This document shows, one piece after another, positions 25,561-37,437 of a stretch of 64,000 nt of DNA. Position 1 is the first letter of the stretch. Every line of letters begins with the position of its first letter. The stretch is from Camelus dromedarius (Eukaryota), in assembly GCF_036321535.1 (NCBI RefSeq), contig NC_087437.1, positions 3,162,001-3,226,000 of the forward strand, written 5' to 3'. Below the pieces are notes generated by a model. The model made no database searches. It was not told the DNA's origin and saw only the letters and a list, made by a program, of their open reading frames with translations. Made by a program: the position numbers and the translations under genes.

Positions 25561-26826
25561 CCTCGGTGGTGATCAAGCGGATTCCCGCGTGCACGTCCGG
25601 AGACCCACCTAGCGGGCAGGAGTCTGTGACAGAGGCCTTAAGCCCTCTCCTCATAAGCACCACGTTGGCTTGGTGTTAGAGCAGCTGAGGCCGGGCAGTC
25701 TCGCTCACCTGGCCCACTTCTAGGTGAGTCCCGGCGTGTCTTCCTCGGTGAGTTTTGATATAAGAGGCGCTGAGGTGCGATGTCTGAACAGGTCAGTCGG
25801 TCCGTCTCAGAACATCACTAACACTGATACAGCCGTTCCTTACAGGAGTGAATAAAACACTTTCCCGTTTTCTGCAGCCATGGGCTCTGAAGTATTAACA
25901 AGGTTTGTACCTAGACCCTCTCATTTCTGTACTCCTGGTTCCTACAGAATCAAACAAAAATGTGACAGGTGTCCTGAGAGGTGGCCCCTTCAAGGATGTT
26001 CATTTAGCAGTCTAGTAATGCGGCCTTGTGTCTGATGGGATGTCTGGTCGCCTTGGGCTGTGTTCTGGGCGGAACCTCCATCACACGACAAACCAGTCAG
26101 CCTTGATGAGCCAGTGGCAAGAGCCAGCCCCATCATGGTTATTTGTGCTCAAGAAACCAGGGGCACATCCCCAAGAGGCTGAGGACATTCCGGACTCCTG
26201 ACTCAGAGCCCTCCCTTCACCAGAGTAGGGTTACCTGCTCAGGAAATATTAAATCACGGAAAGCAGGACTTGCTTGCAAATTATGAGGGTACGAAGTCTC
26301 CTGTGTCTCTCCCTTGACAAATGAGAATGACAAGAAGGTAATGTTGAAGTGGCCGGCATTTCAAGTGTCTCAGGAAAACCAGAGCCACGGTGACCTGCAG
26401 AGTTGAATCATACAGTGTGGTGCAGAACTTAAGTAAATGCACGTCCAGAGGCTGGAGCCAACTGGCACCATGTGGAGTGAATAGGAACCCTTCGGGCCCT
26501 GTGCAGAGAAGGACTGTGCGGTCTTCTGGTTGGAGGGAAAGGGTTGTTGCCTTCACAGAGACAGTGGAACCTGCCCAGCATCATTAGAGGAGAAGCGCAG
26601 GCTTCTATTATTCTGACAACAAAGCAGCGGCTGTGAGAGGAAGGCTCCTGCCGTCTGCTCTTGTGAGCCTCAGCGGCACTGATGCTCTTTGAGTGGGAGG
26701 TTTCTGTTCATTTGCAAATGCACTGACATTTCCAGCTTTTTGTACCGGGAAGGAAGCACCTTGGGAAGCTCCTGATTGAATGCATTCTCCCTAGAGAGCA
26801 TCAGGTGGGGTTCAATCCATTTCCCA

Positions 26827-26905
26827 GGGAGGGTCTAGGGAGAAGGGAGGGGGCGGAGGCGGAAGGGGCTGGGGGGCGTGGCCGCGAGCACTCCGGTTGG
26901 AACGG
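26827..26905 (+). promoter_or_regulatory. GC-box/ETS-like cluster with a G-quadruplex motif
   Basis: Contains GGGGCGGAG and GGGGCGTGG (Sp/KLF-type), GCGGAAG (ETS-like), seven G-tracts of 3 or more, and locally retained CpGs. Confidence 0.4.
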
Positions 26906-28162
26906 ACTTAGGGAAGAGGTATTTTGCATCCTTCCTCCAGTCTTCATAATTTCCTCCAGAGACTGCAGGGTCGGGCTTGGCACACCCTTCTCTTAGCGGG
27001 AAGCTGTGGGTGGGTGTGTGCTCCTGACCGGAGGGAGCAGGTCCAGAATAAATGAACTCATCGGCAGTTGAGCCCTGGTGATGGGACACCTGACTTCTTC
27101 CCAGTTAGGGGTTCAGTTCAACAAGTTTGATAAAAAGGGAGGTTGGCAGTGACCACACAAACCCCCTGGAGTAGTTAATGAGGCTGAAGATGATTCCACA
27201 GTGGCTTAATGTGGCCGAAGCTGCCTCATAGGATGGCTGTGATTCAGGGAAACTTGGACAGCGTGTGAAAGAATAAAGCACATTCTCTTCTCCATCAGAA
27301 AAAACTCCACTCCTTCCTCAAGCCAAAGATATCAGAGCCCGAAGGGACTGTATGATGCTGAGTTGCCCCTCAGTTTCCTAGGGAGGAGAAGGAGCCCTGA
27401 GAAGATAAAGGACTCCCGTGGAAGTGCAAGCTGGCATTAGCTGTGTGCTTTGGTGAGCATGCTCCCACTCTGGGCTCCCCTGTAGGCGTTGGCTACAAAC
27501 CAGAGATCATCGCAGAGCACCAGTAGCAACACTGCCAGTGATGGTGGAAAGAGGTCCTGACTTTTTGTCAACTCACTAGCAGCTTTTTGACTCGCTGAGA
27601 TATTTTCCACTGGGATAGGGTACTTCACCTCTGAATAACAGAGTTGCTGTCTGCAAAATAGAACAATAAACAAACAATAAGCAAAAATAACAGTACTGCT
27701 AGGGCTGCTTCTGCCACGGATGGCTCCTCTGCAGAAATGAGAAAAATGCCCCCCTCTGGTGGTTGAAATTGAGAAAAACACCCTTTCCCCTGGACTGAGT
27801 CCAGGACGGGCTTGGAAAGGGCTGGATTTACACTCCCTTCTCACCTCCTCGGCCAGGCAGGCGTTAGCAGGGTGCAGGCTGCCCATCTGAATGCAGGAAC
27901 TCTGGTACCAGCCTTACTGTCAGGTTTTTGTGATATGAAAAGGAAGAATATCGGTGCGAGTTCTTTGAAAGATGTGATGCTGTCTGTCAGAGTAAGTCCT
28001 ACCAGCATACTGAAAGTTGTGGGCTACACGGAGATCCCTTTATAGCTAAACTGTGCTCGGTCATCTAAGTTGAGACTCATTCTACTGCTAAGAGCTTTAT
28101 GCTCAAGTCACCTGCATCTCTGAAAAAATAATTTCCAAAATTGAACTGGCTTTTCCATAGGT

Positions 28163-28770
28163 CTTTTTTTTTTTTTAAATCGAACTATAGTCAATTACAA
28201 TATGTCAATTTCCGGTGTACAGCATCATGTCCCAGTCATGCATATACATATGTATATTCATTTTCATATTCTTTTTCATTAAAGGTTATTACAAGATATT
28301 GAATATAGTTTCCTATGCTATACAGAAGAAATTTGGTTTTTTATCTATTTTTACATATAGTAGCTAACATTTGCAAATCTCAAACTCCAAATTTATCCCT
28401 TCCAACCCCCTTTCCCCAGTAACCATAAGATTGTTCACTGTGTCTGCGAGTCTGTTTCTGTTTTGTAAATGAGTTCATTAGTGTCCTCTTTTTCTTCTTC
28501 TTTTTTGTTTTTTGGGTTTTTTTTTTAGATTCCACATATGAGTGATATCATGTGGTATTTTTCTTTCTCTTCCTGGCCCACTTCACTTAGAATGACGATC
28601 TCTGGGTCCATCCGTATTGTTGCAAATGGCATTATTTTATTCTTTTTTTTTTTTAAATCATTGAGTAGTATTCCATTGTGTAAATATACCACAACTTCGT
28701 TATCCATTCATCTGTCAATGGACACTTATGTTGCTTCCATTTAGGTTGGCTATTGGATATAGTGCTGCTA
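28163..28770 (-). mobile_element. L1 3' fragment with TSD
   Basis: Poly-T plus L1 3' UTR. The minus ORF reads MPFATIRMDPEIVILSEVGQEEKEKYHMISLICGI (ORF2 end). TSD tccataggt at 28154-28162 and 28771-28779. Confidence 0.95.
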
Positions 28771-29109
28771 TCCATAGGTATTTGGGGGGGAAAATCACTA
28801 AAGGATGATTTTAAGGGTCTTTGTGTCAGGAGACACCTCCAGGGAGAAGTGTCATTCCTAAGAGGCAGTCAGAGTCGGCTCCTGCTGGCTTGGCATGTGA
28901 GAGCCTGGTAGCCCTGCAGGCTTCTCAGGACGGCTGCACACTGTAGGCAAGGACCCAGAGGGCCGCCACTGTCCACAAGCATATAGAAAGAGGGTACATG
29001 TTAAGTGAGTGAGCGGAGAATGCATGAAGGTAACTTCCTGTGTGAGAACTTTGACCTCAGGCACAGACGTGGGGGTTTGCAAGTCTGTTGCCTAGTCCTC
29101 CATGACTCT

Positions 29110-30180
29110 AGAAGAAGTGGTATTTGAGCTGAGACCTGAATGGTAAGAGGGAGCCTGTCAACATGACAACCTGGGTATAAAACATCCCAGAGAGTGGAAG
29201 CAGCAAGTGCAAATGTCCTGGGGCAGGCACAGATCTGTTGTGTTAAAAAAAAAATGGCTCAATAGTTTTGGATTTTAGGGAGTGAGAGAGAGAGTGATTG
29301 GAGAAGTGGCCAGAGCAATGGACAGAGTCATATCTTGTTAGGCAGTGGTTGTCACCTCACACCACATATCAAAATGCAGGAGCTCCACCCAGAGAGATTC
29401 CTGTGGGTTAGTCTAGGGTGGGCCACTGTGTTTGTTGTTGTTGCTCTTGCTGCTCTTGTGGTTATTCCAGGTTCTCCAAGTGGTCCCAATCACAGGTGAA
29501 AAATCACCAATCTAGAGCCTTATAGGTTCTTCTAGAAATTTGGATTTTGTTTTAAGAAAAATAGAAAACCATGAAGGACTTTAAGCAGAGAAGTGACATG
29601 ATGTGATTTCCATGTTTAAAACGTCATTCTTGCTCCTGTGTAGAGGATGGATTGAGAGGTAGCAGGGGGCCAGAATGAGGGACTCTCCCAAGTCCATGGC
29701 AGATACCCATGGGGTCTTAGTGTAGTGGAGAGAGAAGTGGGTGGAGAGGGGAAACGTGGGGTGTGGTCCTTCACATCCTCACATATTTATGTGCTGATGG
29801 ATTGGATTTGAGGGTACGGGAAAAGATGAATGATTTTTGATTTGGGGAACTCAGTGTATTGTGGTGCGTTTACAGAAACAGGCCTTCCTGAGGAGAAGCA
29901 TGTTTTTTGGAAGTTGAGAAAGTGGAATAAAAACTTCCATCTTGCATGTGATGTTGGGGCTGTGTGTCAGATTTTCATGTGTCTGATTGGCTGTCATTTA
30001 TTCACAATAGGAATTTAGGAGAGAGATGAGGGCAATGCAGAGAAAATTGTGAGTTTGTATGGTATATCGATGGTATTTCAAGCCATAGTTTGAGATTCCC
30101 TTGAGTGTGGACAGAGTATGGGGGTGTGGTGATGTTTAGGGGATGTAAGGCACGTCGATGCTTTTGGGGCGAATTAACTT
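29110..30180 (-). mobile_element. L2 fragment with a nested MER5-like insertion at ~29342-29512
   Basis: gaagtggtatttgagctgagacctgaa...gaaggactttaagcagagaagtgacatgat is reversed L2. The nested piece is cagtggttgtcacc...agagagattcctgtgggttagtctagggtgggcc...aaaaatcacca. Confidence 0.7.
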
Positions 30181-30550
30181 TGGAAATAATGGCTCTGTGT
30201 AGAAAGAACATCCTTATAACGGTATTAAAATACCTTTCTTGAAGAAGTGAAAAGAATCTGAAATAGAGGAAAATAACTTAACGATGTCTTCTGACAGCCT
30301 TAATACCAGTGAAGTGGTTCACTTAGTGGTGGAAGTGAATCAATCCTTTTAGAGAAAACAACTGAAATACTTAGGCAAATGGCCTAGGAGAGGGGAAGTC
30401 AGCCGCCAACATGGCCCAAGGGCACCCAGTGGCTGTGGCGTGGAGGTCACCTTCCCAGAGACTCATTTATGAATTTCTCCATACCACAAGGTTGTCAGTA
30501 ATTTATCTCCTTTCCCAGTCTTGTCTGGTCTGTTGATTGACTGGCTTAGG

Positions 30551-31770
30551 GCAACATTCTTTAGATCCAGAAAGGCACATCCCCAAGGAACGTGAAGATT
30601 TTCCACAGAGTACACAGGGCTTAATTTACAGATCTTCAAGCTCTGTCTGTACTGTTTCCTAAAGGTGAACTGCCTAGGAACTCACCCTTCTCCCACTTTA
30701 TCAAGTAAAAGGGACTTGTTGGTGCTGGGGTTCTGTCTATGGTACGTCACCGCCTCTTGATTTACATAAACCTCCTACGTGCTAAGCAGGGGGCCATTTA
30801 AAATGTTGGTGTAGGTATTGAGAAAGTGGACAACTATCGTGACTGAGTAATCAACAGATCTTTCTGAAAGTCAGGTTTTCCAGTTCTTGACTTTCTACAA
30901 AATTGAAGGTAGTCTAATTGACTTGTCAGTTGCTGGATCATTAAAAATGCTTTTTGATGATGAATCACTTTGTGATTTTGACATATAACTTGGAAGGGGT
31001 ACAAGAAATTGAGTGGCACTGCTATTATAAAACTTTTATTTGTGTCCATTTGTTTACAAGAAAAGATTTCTCAGTTCTAAGCATTTATAAAAATGAAAAA
31101 TAGAAATGCAATGGAGGCTGAATCTAATTTATTCTAGAGATTGATAAATATTGGTCATATTTACCCATGAATACATAAAGTAATTATAGGAGGAATAGTC
31201 ATTCATCTCATTAAGATGAGTTATAATTTTAACTCTAATTATTTATGAAAATTTAGAAGATACTTCATTGTTTTGATCAATTCTGTACTCATAATTGTAA
31301 TGATAACTCAGTCCTAATTAAAATTCTTAACCTTTCGGTTACAGAAAACTTTTTAAAAAGATTCACATTTATAACAGATTTTTGTCACAAAGAGGTATGA
31401 GAGAGTGATTAATAAAACATTTTAAAGCATGAAATGATATTTCATTGTGACAAAATTCTATGAGGAAAGTAAAATGGAAATCCAGTTTGAAAGGAAGAAA
31501 GGAGGTTTATAAAATTTGTTAATGAAGAGCTTGTCCAAGTATTTTTTGATAGATATTCGATAGATAATAACATAAATCACCATGGCTTCAAATTTCTGTT
31601 CTTTAGATTTCAAACAATTTTAAGATGGCAGAATTAAAACATGCTGAATACTATATTCTTTGCAGCTATTGAAACCTGTGATGAAATGTTTTAGATGCCA
31701 GCTTAGATGCCAGTTTAAGTGGATTTATAGCCTTTCAAAACTGTTTTAGGTGGCGTATAAGCACAAAGCA
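30551..31770 (+). mobile_element. hAT (Charlie-type) DNA transposon remnant carrying the transposase C-terminal dimerisation region
   Basis: With frameshifts, ~30952-31135 reads FDDESLCDF-HITWKGYKKLSGTAIIKLLFVSICLQEK-FSVL-FIKMKNRNAMEAE. This fits the hAT motif FW..Y..L...A.K.LL.F.STYLCE.GFS.L..IK.K.RNR. Ends are approximate. Confidence 0.7.
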
Positions 31771-31925
31771 AGGAGATGACTCATTTAAGGCATGTGGTGG
31801 ACCTTCTTGTGGGTCAGTTTCCTTTGAGGCCAAGGACACCAACCTTCATTCTGAATGGCCATGTGGCCACTGAGCCTCATGTTGCAGTCATAGTTTAGGA
31901 TAATTTCAAAGTGACCACTGGGGGA

Positions 31926-32010
31926 TATAGATAGATGGACGGATGGATTGACCGGAGGATGGACAGACAGACAGGTAAGATGGATGGATGGACAGATGGG
32001 TGGATAGAAG
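31926..32010. repeat. Degenerate (GGAT/AGAT/AGAC)n tetranucleotide repeat
   Basis: atagatagatggacggatggattgacc...gatggatggatggacagatgggtggatag seen directly. Confidence 0.75.
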
Positions 32011-32014
32011 ATGT

Positions 32015-32106
32015 ATGTAACATGAAATTGACCATTTTCACCATTCTTGGTGTACAGTTCTGTGGCATTAAGTACACTCACACTGATGTGCATCTGTCAC
32101 CACCAT
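32015..32106 (-). mobile_element. L1MA/MB-like 3'-end fragment
   Basis: aacatgaaattgaccattttcaccattcttggtgtacagttctgtggcattaagtacactcacactgatgtgc. Confidence 0.7.
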
Positions 32107-32386
32107 GAAAATATGTATTTTAAAAAATATTCAGCACCTCAAATATTTACCACCAGGGAGTTGTATTTTCTTGATGTTTATGGAGAGAGACCCTGACATG
32201 CCAAGCACTGCAGCTTGTTTTCTGTACAACTCTGACTGAGAACTTCGTTTACTCCGTGCTGCCATGTGAGTCCCACGTGAGAAATACCTCCCAGCATCCA
32301 AATCTTGGAAAGAATTTGATTTTTTAAAATGTTAACAGTGTTTGGGCTCTTTGTTTTATTTATCTGCATTTAAAAAATCAGTAAGA

Positions 32387-32529
32387 GGGGGCAATGGTAT
32401 AGCTCAGTGGTAGAGCATGTGCTTAGCATGCACAAGGCTGTGGGTTCAATCCCCAGTACCTCCTCTAAAAATAAATAAATAAACCTAATTACCCCCCCTA
32501 AAAAAACACAACAAAAATTAAAAAAAAAA
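32387..32529 (+). mobile_element. tRNA-derived SINE (camelid Vic-1-like)
   Basis: A box tagctcagtgg, gcttagcatgc arm, B box ggttcaatccc, then aaataaataaacctaattacccc and an A-tail. TSD aaaaaatcagt on both sides. Confidence 0.9.
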
Positions 32530-32723
32530 TCAGTGATAGTCATGTATTCATTATGTGGTAAAAACGTAAGACAAGAAAAGAGTTTGAATGCCCCTTACTG
32601 AGGGAGGTGAGCTGTGTGCGCAGCTCTGAATGGCTGTGGGTGGCGCACTGTGAAGCCCGAGAAGACACAGTCCAGGAGGGGTCTTTGAGGGTGTATATCT
32701 GCCTAGGATTTGCTCTGCTGTCG

Positions 32724-33310
32724 TTTTTTGGTTTTGTTTTAATTGAAGTATAGTCAGTTACAATGTGTCAATTTCTGGTGTACAGCACAATGTCCCAGTC
32801 ATGCATATGCATACATGTATACTTGTTTTCACATTCTTTTTCATTAAAGGTTATTACAAGTTATTGAATATAGTTTCCTGTGCTATAGAGAAGAAATTTG
32901 TTTTTTATCTGTTTTTACATATAATGGTTAATGTTTGCAAATCTCAAACTCCGAAATGTATCCCTTCCCACCCCCTTTCCCCTGGTAACCATAAAATTGT
33001 TTACCATGTCTGCGATGTTTATAGATGAGTTCATTAGTGTCCTCTTTTTTATTTTTTTAGATTCCACATGTAAGTGCTATCATATGGTATTTTTCTTTCT
33101 CTTTCTGGCTTACTTCACTCAGAATGATGCTCTCTAGGTCCATCCATGTTGCTGCAAATGGCATTATTTCATTCGTTTTATGGCTGAGTAGTATTCCATT
33201 GTATAAATATATCACAGCTTCTTTATCCAATCCTCTGTCGATGGGCATTTAGGTTGCTTCCACGTCTTGGCTATTGTAAATAGTGCTGCTGTGAACATTG
33301 GGATGCATGT
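32724..33310 (-). mobile_element. L1 3' fragment
   Basis: The minus ORF reads NEIMPFAATWMDLESIILSEVSQKEKEKYHMIALTCGI. The 3' UTR is aattgaagtatagtcagttacaatg. Confidence 0.95.
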
Positions 33311-33364
33311 TACTCGTTACCATTACATTAAGTTATACACTTGACTTGCCTGAGCAGTTTATTT

Positions 33365-33680
33365 TTTTATCACTCTTCCTTTATTCACTCATCAGACATT
33401 GATTGGATGCCTACTCTATGCCAGGTCACCATGTGCTGGCGCCGGGCTATAGGTCAAAGGTATAATAACCACCCTCAGAAAAACTCATGGTTTAAAGTGG
33501 GAAAGAGAATTGTTCTAATGTTACTGGTGGGGTTAGTGCTGCTGCTGCTGGCATCTCACTGGGCTGGAAAGCAGAGTCAGAGGGGGGGTTTCAGGAGGGG
33601 TGATGCCACCACTGAGTCTCAGAGGACAGGCAGGAATCAGCAAGGGGAAGAAGAGGACAGGATTTCTAGCCAGAGGGAGC
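33365..33680 (-). mobile_element. L2 remnant
   Basis: ttattcactcatcagacattgattggatgcctactctatgccagg...actgagtctcagaggacagg. Confidence 0.55.
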
Positions 33681-34682
33681 AGCTGGCCTTCCCAAATAGC
33701 TCTCACCAGGCTTGACCCATTTTTGACCTGTACTGAAGAGATTTGAACGTCTGAATCAGACTCCTAAGAAAGGTGCCAATTAGAGCCAGGCATGGAGTGA
33801 CTGGCAAACAAAACCAGCTCTGTTGGGGTGGGAGGGTCTCCCAATAGGCCCCACTTGGCCTGCAGAACAAAGAAGCGCCCCTGTTGGGGGAGTGTTGGCT
33901 CGGGAGCTTGGTTGATTTTTCACATGTCCCCGTGTTCTTAAGACTCTGTGACAGCAAGACATGGGTATTTACAGGTTTGTGAGCGCAGGGGCCAGCATAG
34001 CCTTTCACTAAAGGTCCGGCCAGCCCATGGAGGAGACGTACAGAACCCCCAGAGCTGGCTGGCAAGGGCAGGAGAGAGGACCTTGAAATGTCAGAAGCGT
34101 GTCATCCACAAGTGCAAGTTCACAGTGACGGCCAGCTGCCTGAGGTGGGCGTGGGCCATGAGCTGGGAGGAGGGCCAGTGTGCCCCCCACGTTCTTGTCA
34201 CCCAGTCTTCTTGAAGGACTTGATAGAGGAGGTGATCAGGAGGAGATGGACTGAGGGGGTGATGGACATGGCATGGGCGCCTACTGTATGCGTTCATCTT
34301 TATTTAGCTCAGTATCATCTCCTTCTTGGAACTCCTGGACTGACCAAGGGCCCCTTTTCCAGGCTCCTGGGTGCCCAGCTTGATTTACTTTATCCTCTTG
34401 GGGATTATTTTTTTCTTTCTGTACATGCCTTCTTTTCAAAATCATGACTTTCTCAAATGCAGAGGTTATGTATTCAGGTATCGTGGATTCCTTGGAAGAA
34501 CTTGGCACATAGTAGATACTCAGATTCTTAATTAACTGAATTGCATCTCTTTAATGGTACTTTGTGTTAGATGCCTCATTGAATAATTGTAGAAAGTACT
34601 GGCTTAGTGTGCACAATGGACCAGGACTGCTCCATGTGCTTATTAACCCGTGTGCTTCTCCAAACCCCCTGTATATGGTCAC

Positions 34683-34812
34683 TATTATTATCCCCTACTA
34701 AATAGGGGCCCCCATGTCTTATAGAAGTTAAATAACGTGGCCCTGGTCAAGCCAGCACCTAACAGAGCTGGGATTTGAACCAACACGCTCTGACTCCTGA
34801 GTCTGTGCTGTG
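34683..34812 (-). mobile_element. MIR SINE
   Basis: tattattatcccc...agaagttaaataacgtggccctggtca...cagagctgggatttgaacc...tctgactcc. Confidence 0.7.
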
Positions 34813-35159
34813 AACTGTGGTACCCATCCTGTTCTTGCCACAGTGATACTGGGTGGATGTTTACAACCTTGTAACCCTGGTTTGCAAAGGAGGATGGTGA
34901 ATCTCTGAGAGTGTGAAGGAGTGGCCCAGACAGGCAGCTCGTATTCTGAGTCAGACGTGTACCTGCAGAGCGTGTGTCTGTCACACCCCACAGCACCTGG
35001 CACAGTGTCAGGACAGGACAGTCACCTCTAGTGTTTTCACTAGAGGAAACAGAGAGGGCGAAGGTATCATTTCTGCAAGAAAGATGAGGGAGTGAGTAGT
35101 AAAGGCGGGTGGCTGGTGGAAGGGCAGGGGGAGGCTGAACTTACGCTGTTACTAGCTTC

Positions 35160-36200
35160 TTATTTAAAAGTGTGTATGTGTGTTTGGGTGAGTTCTCTGA
35201 AATGTACACAGTGTAAAAATTCTGAAAACAGAGAAAAGAATAAATAAGGAAAAACTATCATTATATTCTACCCTCCTGACCTAATCATCACTAATTTCTG
35301 TTCATCTAGTGTGTGTGTATATGCATATGTATAAATATATTTATAAGTGAATTTAGATTCATATTATTGTGTATGACTTTTTTCCTAAGCACTTTTAACC
35401 TAAGCACTTTCTAATTTCATTAAATATTCTTCAGTGATGTTTTTTAATAGCTTCACGGTAAGTGGATAAACCAGAATTTATTTCATCCTGATTCCTCTAT
35501 TGTTGGATATTTATCAGTGTTTACATCTCAGTTAATTTTACAGAAAATTCTTAAAAGTAGAATGATCACAGACTTTCTATGCACACGGCAAAAATGTCCT
35601 CAAGAAAGATGATATAAATTTATTCTGCCTCCAAATCTATATGTAAATCTCATCTCCCCAATCTTTGCCTACAGCATTATCTTTTCAAAATTTGTCAGCT
35701 GGATAAATGGAAAACTTTCTCTTCAGTTTTAAAATTGCAAGCAATTTGATTATTGAAGTGGCTAGACCTTTTCTATGTATTTCTTGGCCATTTGTATTCT
35801 TTTTGGAAAAGTACTTTTATATCATTTGCTCTTTCTCCCATTAGGATATTTTTATTATCCTTATCAACTTGTATAAACTCTTTGTTTCTTAAAACTAAGA
35901 CTTGACCTGTTTCAGATATTTTCCAAATTGTTTGTCTTTAAAATGTTTTCCTTTTTTTTAAACAGGAAGTTTAAACATTATATAAGCAAAGTCTGAATTT
36001 ACTTAGAGGTTTCTTTTTGCGTCTAAAATTTGAATACCTTCAAAATCAGAATCATATTTACCTGTGTTTTCTTGCACTGATGGTTTCAGTTTTTGTAGTT
36101 AAGACTTTGATCCATTTGCCATTCATTTTGGGATGATGTAGGTGTTAATGAATCTTTTCTTTCCCAAACAATTGTTCAAAAATCTCCTGAGCAATCCCTT
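35160..36200 (-). mobile_element. Old L1ME-like fragment
   Basis: AT-rich decayed L1 3' region, e.g. ccagaatttatttcatcctgattcctctattgttggatattta and ttggccatttgtattcttttt. Confidence 0.6.
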
Positions 36201-36472
36201 TTCCCGTGGGCCTTGGTACAGTCTTCCCCTAGTTTTTATGTAAAAATATCTACCCACCTCCATTATGTAAAGGGCCCTGTTATGTGTGGTGCGGGGTCTT
36301 CAGATGCATAATTCCCAGCTTCTGCCCTCTGGGGTCTTCGAGCCAAGTGCGGGAAGGTCAACCTATTGAATTAACTCCCACACAAGATGGAAGGAAGGAG
36401 GAAGGCAGTCACTTGGGTCAAGGCCTCAAAGTTTCCTTTAGAATACTGAGGAGATCTCAGGTTAGTTTCAGT

Positions 36473-36487
36473 CCCCCCCCCCCCCCC
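36473..36487. repeat. C15 homopolymer
   Basis: A run of 15 C, seen directly. Confidence 0.9.
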
Positions 36488-37405
36488 GGAAGATGCAGAC
36501 ATTCCACCACCCAGACCCCCGTCGATGAAGGTGTGTCGGGCGGGGAGAGGATGGTCCCCAAAGCGCCTCCAGCTCTCAGACCCTTCGGGCTAGCCTTTGG
36601 TTGCAGAGGAACACCTGCCAAGGACATGCCTTTCTGAGGGTCTGGTGGCTCCGCCAGGTGATGTTAGAGCCCTGCCACATGGCTGAAGGCAGGGCCAGGC
36701 AAGCAGGCAGGGCTCAGGGCTCACCCGGACTGGCCGGGACTCTGTGGGCCTGCACTGAGGTTCGTCTTTGTCCTTGGCCGGCTCCTGCATTCTCCCCTTC
36801 CTTTCATGGCTGTTAATCCCTACTAACCTACTTTCTGCTCCTGGAGACCCTCCCCCATGTATTGACTTGGACCCCGGGGCTGATCAGTCTTCTGAGGCAG
36901 CTGCAGGGACTTAACTGATGACCCAGGGGAAACTTACAAGGGACTGCAGTGTGGGAGGAAAGAAATTAGGGCATGATGGGTGATGTGTCAGTTAGCTAGT
37001 AATAGGAACTGAAAATGTGTGAAGGCACAAATAGAGGGGCAGAAGTTCAAGCTGGTACTAACTGATGTGTTTGCAGAAGGTGTGCGGGAGCCTGGCAGTT
37101 GGGAAGCTGGGGCTCGCGTCTCAGGATGTGATGAAGGAAGCATAGCATCATTGCTTCAAGAACATGGAGGCTGGGACACCCACCCACCAACTCCTGACTC
37201 TCACTGGTGAAGGGCACCCCAGGGAGGGAAAGCGCACCACCTCCGGGCTGCCTCCACTTGGGCTCCTCCGTGCAGAGGAGTCCAGAGCGTCCCCATTTCA
37301 GTGCAACCATGCCTCAACCAGGGGGCCCTCGAATCTCCGCCCCCACCGCCAGCTCTTTTACTGAATACAAAGTATATTCTCTTTGGGGAGATTTTTTTTT
37401 TTTTT

Positions 37406-37437
37406 AAACTGACTATACCTCAATTTAAAAAAAAAAA
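37406..37437 (+). mobile_element. Ultra-short L1 3'-terminal fragment
   Basis: aaactgactatacctcaatttaaaaaaaaaaa nearly matches the last ~30 nt of the L1 at 7503-7528 (aaactgactataactcaattaaaaaa). Confidence 0.7.

Noticed and set aside
32387..32465. tRNA-Ala-like gene (also at 38179 and 40237)
   Set aside because: These are SINE heads. They have a shared non-tRNA linker, A-tails and a TSD, and their stems are degenerate.
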